64,000 nucleotides of DNA from an uncultured Bacilli bacterium (GTDB lineage: Bacteria > Bacillota_I > Bacilli_A > RFN20 > CAG-288), in the NCBI GenBank assembly GCA_944372245.1, contig CALVYN010000001.1, positions 616 through 64,615 on the forward strand, read 5' to 3'. The position numbers and the translations under genes were made by a program. Of this stretch, positions 25,671 to 35,002 are shown piece by piece. Numbering within the stretch: the stretch's first letter is position 1; each line of letters begins with the position of its first letter. The notes under the pieces were generated by a model, which was not told the DNA's origin, did not search any database, and saw nothing but the letters and a program-made list of their open reading frames with translations.

Positions 25671-28174
25671 CAGTCACCCACAGCGGGATCGTCGCCGCCC
25701 TTGCCGGTGTCCACCTGATCCCGATAGTCGAACCGCGTCTCCTGCTGGTAGGAGGGCTTGCGCCGGTCGTCGAACTGGTTGCGGCGGTCGTTGTGCCTGA
25801 AGCCGTCGCGGCGCGAATGGCCATCCCTGGAACGGTTGTCGCCTCCACCCCGGCGGAAGTTGCCGTGCCGGTCGTCACGGCTGTTATGGCGGTCGTCACG
25901 GCGGCGGTCGTCACGCCGGTCGCCAAAGCCGCCCTGGCGCGGACCGACTCTGGAGGGGCGGCGGTGGGTCTGGTGATACTCGAGGTGGCGGTCCGCCAGG
26001 TACTGAGACCGGGTGAAGACCGAGAGGTCATTCCTCTTGAGAGCCTCGAAGTCCTCGGGGGTGAGGTTGATACCCAGCTCCTCCATCATCTCGAGCGAGC
26101 AGAAGGTGACCTTGCGCGCGGGGATGTTGGCGCTCAGGACGCAGATGTCGATATCATCGCCCAGCTCGTAGTCGTGCTCGTGGCCGGGGGTGGTGTTCTT
26201 CACCATCATGCGCTTGTCGTCGTAGAAGTAGCGGTCGCGGCTCATGTACTCGAAGGGCATGAGGCCCTCGAGGCCGTTGTCCAGCTCGACGAACATGCCG
26301 AAGTCGAGGAAGCCGGAGATGTGGCCGTGGAACTTCTCGCCGATGCGGACGGAGAGGTACTTGGCGGTCTCGAGGTCATCGACCGAGCGCTCGATGACCT
26401 GGGCGCGCTTCTCGTCCGCGCTCAGGTCGTCGCCCAGACTCTTCAGCTGGTCGTAGAGGGCCTGCTTGTCGAAGGGCTTCTTCTGGAAGACATACTCGTG
26501 GAGCGCCCGGTGGACCAGGGTGTCGGGGTAGCGGCGGATGGGCGAGGTGAAGTGGAGGTACTCGGGCTCAGCCAGACCGAAGTGGCCCAGCTCGTCGGGG
26601 GTGTAGCGGGCCTTGGCCATCGAGCGGAGCATGACGATGCCCATAGCCTTGCGCACGTGCTCGTCCTCGATGCTGGCCAGGAAGGCGGAGAGGTTCTTGG
26701 CGTTGATGTCCGCCTTGATGGGGAATCTGGACATCAGATTCATCTTCTTCACGTACTCGACCAGGTTGCTGAGCTTATCCTCGGGGGGATTCTCGTGGAC
26801 GCGGTAGAGGGTGGGGATATCCAGCTTGTGCAGGAGCTTAGCCACCTCGATGTTGGCCACGATCATCATGTCCTCAATCATCTTCTCGGCCGCGCCCTGC
26901 TCCTTGATCTCCACGGCGATGGGGAAGCCGGTCTCATCGAGCTTGAAGTGCAGCTCGGTGGACTCCAGCTTCATCGCACCCTGCTTCTCGCGCTTGGCGC
27001 GGAAGACGTCGGCGCACTCCTTGAGGATGGTCAGAAGCTCCTGGGTCTCGGGGTTGAGGGACTCGGACTTGCCAGTCGCATAGTACTCGTTGACCTGGTT
27101 GTAGGTCAGACGGCCATGGGAGCGGATGACGGAGGGGTAGACCTCCGCCTTGAAGACGTTGCCGCGGCGGTCCATGTGGGCCCGGCAGGTGATGGCCAGG
27201 CGGTCGACGTTAGGATTGAGGGAGCAGATGCCGTTAGAGAGCTCCACGGGCAGCATGGGGACCACGCGGTCAGCCACGTAGATCGAGGTGCCGCGGTTGC
27301 GGGCCTCGGCATCCAGGGGATGGCCGGGGCGGACGTAGTGGGCCACGTCGGCGATGTGGATGCCGATGGTCCAGCCGAAGTCGGTACGCACGGCGCTGAC
27401 AGCGTCGTCGAAGTCGCGGGAGTCGTCGCCGTCGACGGTGACGATGTTCTCCTCCCTGAGGTCCTTACGGCCCTCGTAGTCCTCGGGGCGCAGCTCCTGG
27501 GGGATGGCCTGGGCCTCGTAGATGACCTCCTCGGGGAAGGCCATGGGCGCATCCTGGCTGGCGATGATCTGGGAGATGTCGCTGCCGACATCGCCGGCCT
27601 TGACCAGCAGGCGGTCGATGCGCACGCGCAGGTGGTTCTCGCCGCGCTCGAGGATGGTGGCCTCGATGTAGTCGCCGATGTTGAGGTCCTCAACCCGGTT
27701 CTCGACCACCTCGACCCGGATGCCGGCATTCTGCAGGTAGGCGATGCCCACCTCGGGCTTGCCGTCGCTGTCCATGGCGTAGTTGCCCTTGATCTTCTGG
27801 ACGTACTGCAGGGGGCAGACGAAGCGGGCAGCCCGGGGGCCGAAGCGGTCGAAGTCGACGTGGAGATAGGCCAGGTCGCCCACGATCATCTGATCGGCCT
27901 CGCGGCCGGTCAGGCGCACGTCGACCTTGCAGGGCTCGCGCAGGAGCTTGAGGTAGACGAAGGAGTGCTTCTTGGTGACGACCTTGCCCAGGCAGAGGGG
28001 GTCCTTGGTGATGTTGCGATACTTCTCGCCATCGAAGCTCACGAGGCCGTCGAAGACGAGCTCGTAGAGCAGGCGATGGAGGCGATTGGCCGAGATGGGA
28101 GCCAGCTTGGAGAGCTGCTCCTCGCTCATGTCCCCGTCTCTCTCGAGGGCTTTCAGGATATCTTCCTTGTTCAT
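25670..28174 (-). CDS. rnr: Ribonuclease R with an Arg/Asp/Gly-rich C-terminal tail
   Basis: RNB-domain motifs (DGDDSRDFDDAVS, HFGL...YLHFTSPIRRYPD) and an S1 domain. Start chosen at ATG 28174 (MNKEDILKAL). The track's 43-aa N-terminal extension has no support. Confidence 0.9.
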   Translation of the reverse strand: MNKEDILKALERDGDMSEEQLSKLAPISANRLHRLLYELVFDGLVSFDGEKYRNITKDPLCLGKVVTKKHSFVYLKLLREPCKVDVRLTGREADQMIVGDLAYLHVDFDRFGPRAARFVCPLQYVQKIKGNYAMDSDGKPEVGIAYLQNAGIRVEVVENRVEDLNIGDYIEATILERGENHLRVRIDRLLVKAGDVGSDISQIIASQDAPMAFPEEVIYEAQAIPQELRPEDYEGRKDLREENIVTVDGDDSRDFDDAVSAVRTDFGWTIGIHIADVAHYVRPGHPLDAEARNRGTSIYVADRVVPMLPVELSNGICSLNPNVDRLAITCRAHMDRRGNVFKAEVYPSVIRSHGRLTYNQVNEYYATGKSESLNPETQELLTILKECADVFRAKREKQGAMKLESTELHFKLDETGFPIAVEIKEQGAAEKMIEDMMIVANIEVAKLLHKLDIPTLYRVHENPPEDKLSNLVEYVKKMNLMSRFPIKADINAKNLSAFLASIEDEHVRKAMGIVMLRSMAKARYTPDELGHFGLAEPEYLHFTSPIRRYPDTLVHRALHEYVFQKKPFDKQALYDQLKSLGDDLSADEKRAQVIERSVDDLETAKYLSVRIGEKFHGHISGFLDFGMFVELDNGLEGLMPFEYMSRDRYFYDDKRMMVKNTTPGHEHDYELGDDIDICVLSANIPARKVTFCSLEMMEELGINLTPEDFEALKRNDLSVFTRSQYLADRHLEYHQTHRRPSRVGPRQGGFGDRRDDRRRDDRHNSRDDRHGNFRRGGGDNRSRDGHSRRDGFRHNDRRNQFDDRRKPSYQQETRFDYRDQVDTGKGGDDPAVGD

Positions 28175-28356
28175 GAATGATTCTCTCTTTCCGTGTTCGG
28201 ATCCCGCTAGGGGTGAGCGGCAGCGCTCAGTCCTGCACGAATCCGCCGCATCCGAGCCACGAAGCATAAATTCGCGCCAAAAAGTAATAATACAAAAAAT
28301 CACTACTGCAGAATATATATAAATAACCGAGCTTCAGGGTTTGGAACGCGATTCCA

Positions 28357-28384
28357 CGAAAAAAGCCGGCACTTCTGGCCGGCT
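28357..28384 (-). terminator. Rho-independent terminator after secG
   Basis: AGCCGGC-CAGAAGT-GCCGGCT on the minus strand, followed by TTTTTTCG. Confidence 0.75.
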
Positions 28385-28399
28385 CCGGTCTCGACTGGA

Positions 28400-28630
28400 T
28401 CAGTCGAAGTACATGCACAGGAGGGTGACGGTGAAGAAGACGACCGCAGTGATGAAGGTGATGATCGACAGGATCTTGTCGACACCTCTCTCCTTGGTGC
28501 GAGAGAAGATATTCATCTTGTTACCACCGGTGATGGCCGCGGAGGCACCCTCGCTCTTGCCGGACTGCATCAGGCAGATGGCGATCAAGAAGAGCGAGAC
28601 GATGAACAGGATGATCTCGGTAGCAGACAT
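28400..28630 (-). CDS. secG: Preprotein translocase subunit SecG
   Basis: 76 aa with two TM helices and a Gly-rich loop (MQSGKSEGASAAITGG). ATG 28630 is preceded by GGGAGGTG. Confidence 0.85.
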   Translation of the reverse strand: MSATEIILFIVSLFLIAICLMQSGKSEGASAAITGGNKMNIFSRTKERGVDKILSIITFITAVVFFTVTLLCMYFD

Positions 28631-28807
28631 GTGAGACACCTCCCAAAAAGCAGATTGATTATAAGGATTAAAGTTCATTTCTCAACTGCGGTAAATCGTA
28701 CATCAGATCTTTTTTCAAGGTGAAACTGGAAATTGGAGAGATCTAAAAGCAGTTCATCCCGCGCCCGGCGCGGAGAAAATGCTTCCTCGCGTTAAAATCT
28801 CTCCGCA

Positions 28808-30154
28808 ATGGAAAAGAGAAAAGAGAACCGGCTCGCCCTCGGTAAGAGGACGGGCAATCGATACTTCACGCCCAAGGGTGAGAAGCCGGCGACGGATGTC
28901 TGGGTCCGCCGCTGGTTGGGCCACCTCTGCGATGCGGTCATCGTGATCATCCTGGGCATGCTCATGTATGCGGCGGCCCTGGGCATCGCCGGGCCCTGCG
29001 GCTACGACGCCAAGATGGATGAGTACCATTCGGCCCAGGCCTGGAAGCTCGACTTCCTGACCGATGTCGGCATCATGGTGGAGAACGAGGAGGGCGACTC
29101 CACGCTCAGCGATGACGAGATGTTCACCCGCTTCATCCGCGCCTACGTCAGCCCCGAGACCCTGGTCTACCAGAAGGATGGTCAGACCCACTACACCGAC
29201 GACCTCATGGAGTTCTACCTCAACACCATCGAGACCCTGGATATCGACTTTGGCGACTACGATGTCCCCACCGACTCCAGAGAGTACTTCGACAAGATTC
29301 TCGTGCCCGATATCAATGAAGCAGTAAATGCCGATGTATTTGTATTTAATGAAGAAACCAATCTTCCCGAGCTGAATAAGAGTGTTGACCCTGAGAACCC
29401 CGATGTGCTCCCCTACTACGATCAGCTGGTCGGCTACGTCGGCGCAGATGAGAACACCCCGCCCGACTTCTCCGAGGCGACGCAGTCGTTCGCCCAGCGC
29501 GTGGCCCAAGCCTATCTGAGCGCTCGCATGACCGCCGGTCAGCTGGCGCTGTGCGACGTCACCGCCTACGCCAACGAGGTGGCACTGACCCGCATCTCCA
29601 ACGACCTGGGCATCATCCAAACCTGGTGCGTGATCGCCGGCTGGCTGGTGGCCCTGGTCGGATACCGGGCCGTGACCTTTGCGATCTTCAGATACGGCCG
29701 CACGATCGGCAAGCGGGTCCTGGGCTACTACGTGGTCGACAGCAAGCGGAGGAAGGCCAAGGTCTGGCAGCTGGCGGTCCGTACGGCCGTGGAGGCTGTC
29801 GAGCAGTTCTGGACCATCATCTTCGCCCTGCTTATCTCCTTCTCCGGCACGGCCTTCCAGGCCCCGCTCTTCAGGGTCTCAGGCCAGCCGGTGACGGTTT
29901 TCTGGTTCCTCTTGGGAAGCCTCGCCATCTACTTCATCTCCTGCTTTGTGGCCCTGTTGCGGCGCAACAACATGGACAGCCTGCACGACCTGGCCTCCCA
30001 CACGGTCTGCATCGCCCTGGAGGACTCCGAGATCATCGAGAAGCATCTGAAGGAGAATGAGACTCGCGTTGAGGAGGGCAGCGCCGAGGACGTCGCACGC
30101 AACCTCGACCCCGAGAGCGAGGTCAACGAGAACCTAGGAGGTGGACAAGCATGA
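28808..30154 (+). CDS. RDD-family membrane protein with a large acidic extracytoplasmic insert
   Basis: RDD-like N-terminus (RRWLGHLCDAVIVIILG) and GRTIGKRVLGYYVVD. 448 aa. No clear SD. Confidence 0.6.
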   Translation: MEKRKENRLALGKRTGNRYFTPKGEKPATDVWVRRWLGHLCDAVIVIILGMLMYAAALGIAGPCGYDAKMDEYHSAQAWKLDFLTDVGIMVENEEGDSTLSDDEMFTRFIRAYVSPETLVYQKDGQTHYTDDLMEFYLNTIETLDIDFGDYDVPTDSREYFDKILVPDINEAVNADVFVFNEETNLPELNKSVDPENPDVLPYYDQLVGYVGADENTPPDFSEATQSFAQRVAQAYLSARMTAGQLALCDVTAYANEVALTRISNDLGIIQTWCVIAGWLVALVGYRAVTFAIFRYGRTIGKRVLGYYVVDSKRRKAKVWQLAVRTAVEAVEQFWTIIFALLISFSGTAFQAPLFRVSGQPVTVFWFLLGSLAIYFISCFVALLRRNNMDSLHDLASHTVCIALEDSEIIEKHLKENETRVEEGSAEDVARNLDPESEVNENLGGGQA

Positions 30155-31191
30155 GAGATGTAGATAGAGAGATACCCGAGGAAACCCCTGAGACGGAGAT
30201 CAAGACGATCGGCGTGGAGTACGCCTCACCCCGAATCGGCAAGCGCACCACCGCCGTCCTCATCGACGGCGCCTGCCTGATCCTCTCCTGCATCATCCTC
30301 TTCATGCTCCTCTTCATGGGCACGCAGAATCTCGGTCTCTACAAGGATGCTAAGAACACGATCCACGACGTTGAGATGTCCACCGGCCTCTACGTCCAGC
30401 CTGAGGATGGAAGCGCCCCCGAGCTTCTGACCGACCGCTACGAGGATGACAGCGTCATCACGCCCGGCCAGCTCAACGAGATTTACAGCGATGCCCTGGA
30501 CGATTTCTTCGCCTCCGAGATCTTCTTCGCGGACGGCTCGGGCATCAGCTTCTACAACCAGCAGAAGGCCGAGCACACCGACCTTTTCTACAAGGTCGAT
30601 GGCCTGACCGAGGACGACCCTGGCCAATATCAGCCCCTGGCTGGCGCCAACCCCGAGGACCTGCTGGACTTCTATTCCACCTGCATCGATAACTCCGTCG
30701 GCTTTCTGACCAACGTTCCCACCTACACCGAGGCCTCCCAGACCCTGATGTGGGCCGCCATCGTCACCGGCATCCTGACCTATGTCATCTGCTACACGAT
30801 CTTCTTCTTCGCCGTCCCCTTCGCCTTCCGCCGCGGCTTTAGAACCCTGGGCATGGCCGCTGCCCGCTATGGCCGCGTCTACGTCGATGGTCTGAATCCC
30901 ACAGCCGGCCGCTTCGCCCTCCACTTTCTCTGGTCCTTCCTGACCCTGGGCATCGGCTTTGTCGCCCTCTTCATCCCCGTGGCCATCTCCATCACGATGG
31001 CGATGTTCGGCCGCTTCTCCCAGTCCCTCCCCGACTATCTGTCCAACACCTATCCCGTCGATATGACGCACGATTCGATCTACTTCACGCCCCGCGAATA
31101 CGCTGAGGCCCTGGCCAGCGGCCAGGCCGTCTCCTCCGCCCAGAGCCCCGAGGAGAAGGAGGCCCAGCGCCGGGAGGAAGGCGACCGCTAG
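30151..31191 (+). CDS. RDD-family membrane protein (paralogous architecture)
   Basis: ATGA overlap with the upstream gene. IGKRTTAVLIDGACLILSCIILF plus FRTLGMAAARYGRVYVDG. 346 aa. Confidence 0.55.
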   Translation: MRDVDREIPEETPETEIKTIGVEYASPRIGKRTTAVLIDGACLILSCIILFMLLFMGTQNLGLYKDAKNTIHDVEMSTGLYVQPEDGSAPELLTDRYEDDSVITPGQLNEIYSDALDDFFASEIFFADGSGISFYNQQKAEHTDLFYKVDGLTEDDPGQYQPLAGANPEDLLDFYSTCIDNSVGFLTNVPTYTEASQTLMWAAIVTGILTYVICYTIFFFAVPFAFRRGFRTLGMAAARYGRVYVDGLNPTAGRFALHFLWSFLTLGIGFVALFIPVAISITMAMFGRFSQSLPDYLSNTYPVDMTHDSIYFTPREYAEALASGQAVSSAQSPEEKEAQRREEGDR

Positions 31192-32057
31192 ATCTCCCGC
31201 TCGATCAGCATCTTCAGATCGCTCTCGACGGTGCCGTGGATCACGGCTCGCCCTCTGAAGGGATAGGGTCCATCCAGATACAGACGCCGCCTGAAGCGGC
31301 TGCCCAGATGCGACTGATAGGGCACGATATTCTCCTTCTGCAGCCTGCCGAGCACGAGCGCCGGGTCGATGCCGGCGCTCTTTGCGTAGCGCTCGATATT
31401 CCTAGCGCTGAAGATACCCGCCTCCGCGAGGAAGGCCCGATAGCCCACCTCATCGGGAAAGAGAAGCTCGCCGGATAGGGCGTCCGCCTCATCCTCCGCC
31501 TGGTCGCAGACCAGCTCCGCCTCGTCCGAGCGGAGGATGTGGGCGATCTCGTGGAACACGGTGAACCAGAAGGTGTCCACGCAGTGATTTCGGTCCGTGA
31601 CCAGAAGGAGATACCGGTCGTCCAGCCGCCGCATCGCTCCGTTGAGCCGGCTGCCCTCGAGGGTCGGCATCGCCACCACGACCACGCCGGCGCCATTTAA
31701 GATCTCAGCCAGCTCAGGCAAGAAGTTATAGTCGGCCAGAGTCAATCGCCGCAGCTGGGGAATCGCCTGAAAGAGCCGCCCACCATCGAATTTTGGTGTC
31801 TTCACCCGCTGGGCGATATTCATGGCTAGGGCGATCAGCAGAAGGCCCTCGAGATTGACGTGCCTCCCCGCCGCTCTGAGGGCCACCTCGGAGAAGAACG
31901 CCTTGGACTCCTCCAGGTTACGCACGGTATCTCTGACATCCTCCAAGGGATTATCGAGTTCCAAATCATCTCTAATAGCATCTATATAATCAATAGTCTT
32001 ACGGTTTAACAACTTTTCGTATTCACATTGAGATTTCAATATCAGACCTCCATCCAC
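31188..32057 (-). CDS. ImmA/IrrE-family (COG2856, M78) metallopeptidase domain protein with no adjacent HTH partner
   Basis: HEXXH motif in FTVFHEIAHIL. C-terminal IDPALVLGRLQKENIVPY is typical of the family. The start is uncertain (GTG 32057 or TTG 32039 after GGAGG). The stop overlaps the convergent RDD gene's stop in CTAG. Confidence 0.7.
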   Translation of the reverse strand: MDGGLILKSQCEYEKLLNRKTIDYIDAIRDDLELDNPLEDVRDTVRNLEESKAFFSEVALRAAGRHVNLEGLLLIALAMNIAQRVKTPKFDGGRLFQAIPQLRRLTLADYNFLPELAEILNGAGVVVVAMPTLEGSRLNGAMRRLDDRYLLLVTDRNHCVDTFWFTVFHEIAHILRSDEAELVCDQAEDEADALSGELLFPDEVGYRAFLAEAGIFSARNIERYAKSAGIDPALVLGRLQKENIVPYQSHLGSRFRRRLYLDGPYPFRGRAVIHGTVESDLKMLIEREI

Positions 32058-32102
32058 TCCACCTATAACTCCTCTAGGTACTCACTCTAAATATCCAGAC
32101 AT

Positions 32103-32131
32103 CGAAAAAGGTGGGCTCGCTGCAGCCCACC
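32103..32131 (-). terminator. Rho-independent terminator after the zinc-ribbon gene
   Basis: GGTGGGCT-GCAGCG-AGCCCACC on the minus strand, followed by TTTTTCG. Confidence 0.75.
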
Positions 32132-32153
32132 TTCAAATGCGAGAGAGTCTTCG

Positions 32154-32993
32154 CTAGAGGCGATAGTACACGCCGAAGTAGTTCAGTGCGTTCCGCATCG
32201 CCCTGATCGTCTTGACCGCGGTGGAGACCATGGTGATACCGGCGATCAGCATCGCGCCGCCGATGCCGACACCGGCGCAGAAGACCACAAACTCGAAGGA
32301 GTCGAACTTGAGGATCTTGGTGGTGATCGTGTAGTCGGGGGAGGTCTTGAAGGAGAGGAAGAAGAAGAGCAGGCCGACAATCAGAAGGATGAGACCCAGA
32401 ACCAGGAAGCAGCCTCCGGCCTCCGCCCGGTCCTTGGAGTTGTCAGCCCGCTTATGGAGATACTGAGCGAAGCTGTGGGCGTTGGTGGAGTCGTCAAGTG
32501 CGGGCAGCGCGGCATCGGCCTCGAGGGCCGCTCTGTGGATGGTGTCGATAGCCCGATGGGCCTTCTCCTCCTTGCCCAGAGCCGCCATGGAGAGGTCTCG
32601 GTTCTGCTTGGCCTGAGCCAGAGCACCGCGGTAGGATTCCTCCTCCTGCTCGTGCTCGCGGCCCTTGGTCTTCTCCAGCTTGGGCGCATAGAAGGCCTCG
32701 GTGTTGGCCACCTCGCGCTGGTAGGACTCCTCCGCCTTGTCGAGGCACTTCTGGTGGAAGCTGTGCAGGAGCTCGGGGGAGAGCTTCTCGCCGTGCGACA
32801 GGTCGCTCTCGGGGAAGAGGGGGCTGAGGTCGGTCAGGCGCTGCTCCTTCAGAGCGCGATGGTAGTTGGCCAGGGCCTCGGGGGTGACGTGCTTGGCGTC
32901 GCCCTCGCCCTGGGTGGACAGCAGGGGTCCATTGCACTTGCGGCAATAGGTGGCCCGGTCCTTGCAGTGGGCTCCACACTTATAGCAATACAT
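32154..32993 (-). CDS. Zinc-ribbon protein with a coiled-coil middle region and a C-terminal double TM anchor
   Basis: N-terminus YCYKCGAHCKDRATYCRKCNG (CxxC-x11-CxxC). A charged helical middle region. Two hydrophobic helices at the C-terminus. Confidence 0.65.
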   Translation of the reverse strand: MYCYKCGAHCKDRATYCRKCNGPLLSTQGEGDAKHVTPEALANYHRALKEQRLTDLSPLFPESDLSHGEKLSPELLHSFHQKCLDKAEESYQREVANTEAFYAPKLEKTKGREHEQEEESYRGALAQAKQNRDLSMAALGKEEKAHRAIDTIHRAALEADAALPALDDSTNAHSFAQYLHKRADNSKDRAEAGGCFLVLGLILLIVGLLFFFLSFKTSPDYTITTKILKFDSFEFVVFCAGVGIGGAMLIAGITMVSTAVKTIRAMRNALNYFGVYYRL

Positions 32994-33034
32994 GCCGTGT
33001 GCCTCCTTTCTTCAGATACGGAAACGGCTCGACG

Positions 33035-34969
33035 TTAGGCGGCGGGGTTGGCAGTGATGCTGACGATGTCCTTGACCTGAGGCTTGGCATTGAAGCAGGT
33101 GACGTAGCAGTCGAGGGTGTAGGTCTGGCCTTCGCCCAGGGTGGGCAGCTTCTTGAACTCGTCGGAGTTGGATTTGGAGCTGGAGTTGATGGTCTGGCCA
33201 TCGGTCAGGGTGAGGACCGCACGCTCGCCGCTCAGGTCGATCTTTTTGACGTTGTTGATCCGCAGGAAGTCGCCGGCGGAGACGAAATCAAGAGCAGCAA
33301 AATCGGTGGTGGAGTTGATGACCTTGGGGCTGACAGTGATATCGGCCGCATCCTCATCGAGGGCGATCAGGACATCCATCATCTCCAGACCGTAGTTGGA
33401 ATCCAGCACGGCGGGACCCATGATGGTGACCATGTCACCCTCCTTGGCACCCGCAGCCGAATAGTTCTCGGTGCCGTAGACATACATGCCGTCGCCGTTC
33501 TCATCGGTGACATAGAGGTTGCCGTACATGCTGTTGACGACGTGGCTCACCTTGCCGGTGAAGGCGATGTCGGTCTTGGACTTGTCGGCCGTCTCGTGCG
33601 CCGCGCGCAGAGCCGCCTTGGCCTCATCGATGGTCTGAACAGCGGGGGCGGCCTTGACGGTCACCTCGACGGAGTCGGACTTGGTCTTGTCGGCGTTGGA
33701 GGTAGCGGTGATGGTCGCCTTGCCGGCGCCGACACCGGTCACGTGACCCTGGGCATCGACGGTCGCGACCTTGGAATCGGAGGAGGACCAAGTGACGGTG
33801 GCATCGGTCTTATCGGCGGGGAGGGTGACCTCAGCGGCGAAGCTCAGGCTGTTGAAGGGGTCGGCGGTGTAGATGTCGTAGTTCTGGCCGGCAATGCTGA
33901 CGGAGACCTCGGTGACCTCGTTGTGCTCGAAGGTGAACTCATCCAGGTAGTTGAATTGGTAAGGAGTGTTGAGGCTGTTGTTGTAGCTCAGGTAGGTATA
34001 GGTGGAGAAGGTGTCGCCGACCCTCAGCTCGCCGACCTTATTACCCTCCAAATCGTTGTAGCGGCGGTCCAGATAGAGCTGGTAGGAGGTGTCGCCACCG
34101 CCGACGGTGAAGTCGACCGTGACGTTGCCCTTTTCGTTGGTGCTGACCTTCGAGACGAGGCCATCCTCGATGTAGAAGCGGCGGTTGATATCACCGGTGC
34201 TGGGCTCATAGCCATCGGCCAGCACGACATCGATAGGCTTGGCGTAGGTGTCGTCGGGATCGAGGATGGCGAAGGCCGTGACCGTAACCTCTGGCAGGCC
34301 GTTGTAGGGCTCGTAGGTACCGGTGACCTGGACCAGGGTCTCACCGATCACCAGATCGTCGGTGACATAGGAAGACTCAAAGTTGTAGAGCATCATCGCC
34401 TTGTCGCCGACAGCCACGAAGGCTCCTCTGTAATCGTCGAAGCCGGTGCTGACGACACCGTTGGTGCCCATCCAGTAGCCGACGAAGTTGACGGTGGCAC
34501 CGCTGGTCATCGAGGTGATGTCAGCGATGTCGTCCAGGTCGTTGGGGATGACCTTGACCAGGTAGTCGCGGGTGTAGACCTCATCGTCGATGGTGACGGA
34601 GGCGGTGAAGGCGCAGTAGGGGTTGTCGCGATCGAACTCGGCGTTGGCGATGACCAGCTGGTCGCCGTCGATGGAGGCGAGATTCTGGGCGCCGAGGGTG
34701 AAGGTGGCCGCGGCGTTGGCGAAGGTGGTCTTGCTCTGGTCGACGATGTAGGAGATGGTCAGGCCCTCATACAGGACGCTGGAGGTCATCAGATCGGCGC
34801 GGCGGCCAGCGAGGATACCGTTGGTGACCAGATTGGAGTAGCTGGCGTTGAGGGTGCCGAACAGATTGTCAGCGGTCTCCTTGTTGGCAGAGTTGCCGTT
34901 GCAGGCGGTCAGGCCGAGGCCGAGGAAGGCCAGCAGGCTCAGCACCTTAGCAGAATTTTTCTTGAACAT
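33035..34969 (-). CDS. Surface lipoprotein with OB-fold-like modules and a Big_2 (bacterial Ig-like) domain
   Basis: Lipobox LGLTAC. Big_2 signature VTWSSSDSKVATVDAQGHVTGVGAGKATITATS. Contains OB-like segments similar to those in the adjacent nuclease. Confidence 0.7.
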   Translation of the reverse strand: MFKKNSAKVLSLLAFLGLGLTACNGNSANKETADNLFGTLNASYSNLVTNGILAGRRADLMTSSVLYEGLTISYIVDQSKTTFANAAATFTLGAQNLASIDGDQLVIANAEFDRDNPYCAFTASVTIDDEVYTRDYLVKVIPNDLDDIADITSMTSGATVNFVGYWMGTNGVVSTGFDDYRGAFVAVGDKAMMLYNFESSYVTDDLVIGETLVQVTGTYEPYNGLPEVTVTAFAILDPDDTYAKPIDVVLADGYEPSTGDINRRFYIEDGLVSKVSTNEKGNVTVDFTVGGGDTSYQLYLDRRYNDLEGNKVGELRVGDTFSTYTYLSYNNSLNTPYQFNYLDEFTFEHNEVTEVSVSIAGQNYDIYTADPFNSLSFAAEVTLPADKTDATVTWSSSDSKVATVDAQGHVTGVGAGKATITATSNADKTKSDSVEVTVKAAPAVQTIDEAKAALRAAHETADKSKTDIAFTGKVSHVVNSMYGNLYVTDENGDGMYVYGTENYSAAGAKEGDMVTIMGPAVLDSNYGLEMMDVLIALDEDAADITVSPKVINSTTDFAALDFVSAGDFLRINNVKKIDLSGERAVLTLTDGQTINSSSKSNSDEFKKLPTLGEGQTYTLDCYVTCFNAKPQVKDIVSITANPAA

Positions 34970-35002
34970 CTTTTGTTCCTTTCTCTGTGGGTCGAAAGCG
35001 AC

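Noticed and set aside
28175-28303. 43-aa N-terminal extension of RNase R in the ORF track.
   Set aside because: The sequence (MIFCIITFWREFMLRGSD…) is not RNase R-like. It lies in the structured leader. ATG 28174 gives a typical N-terminus.
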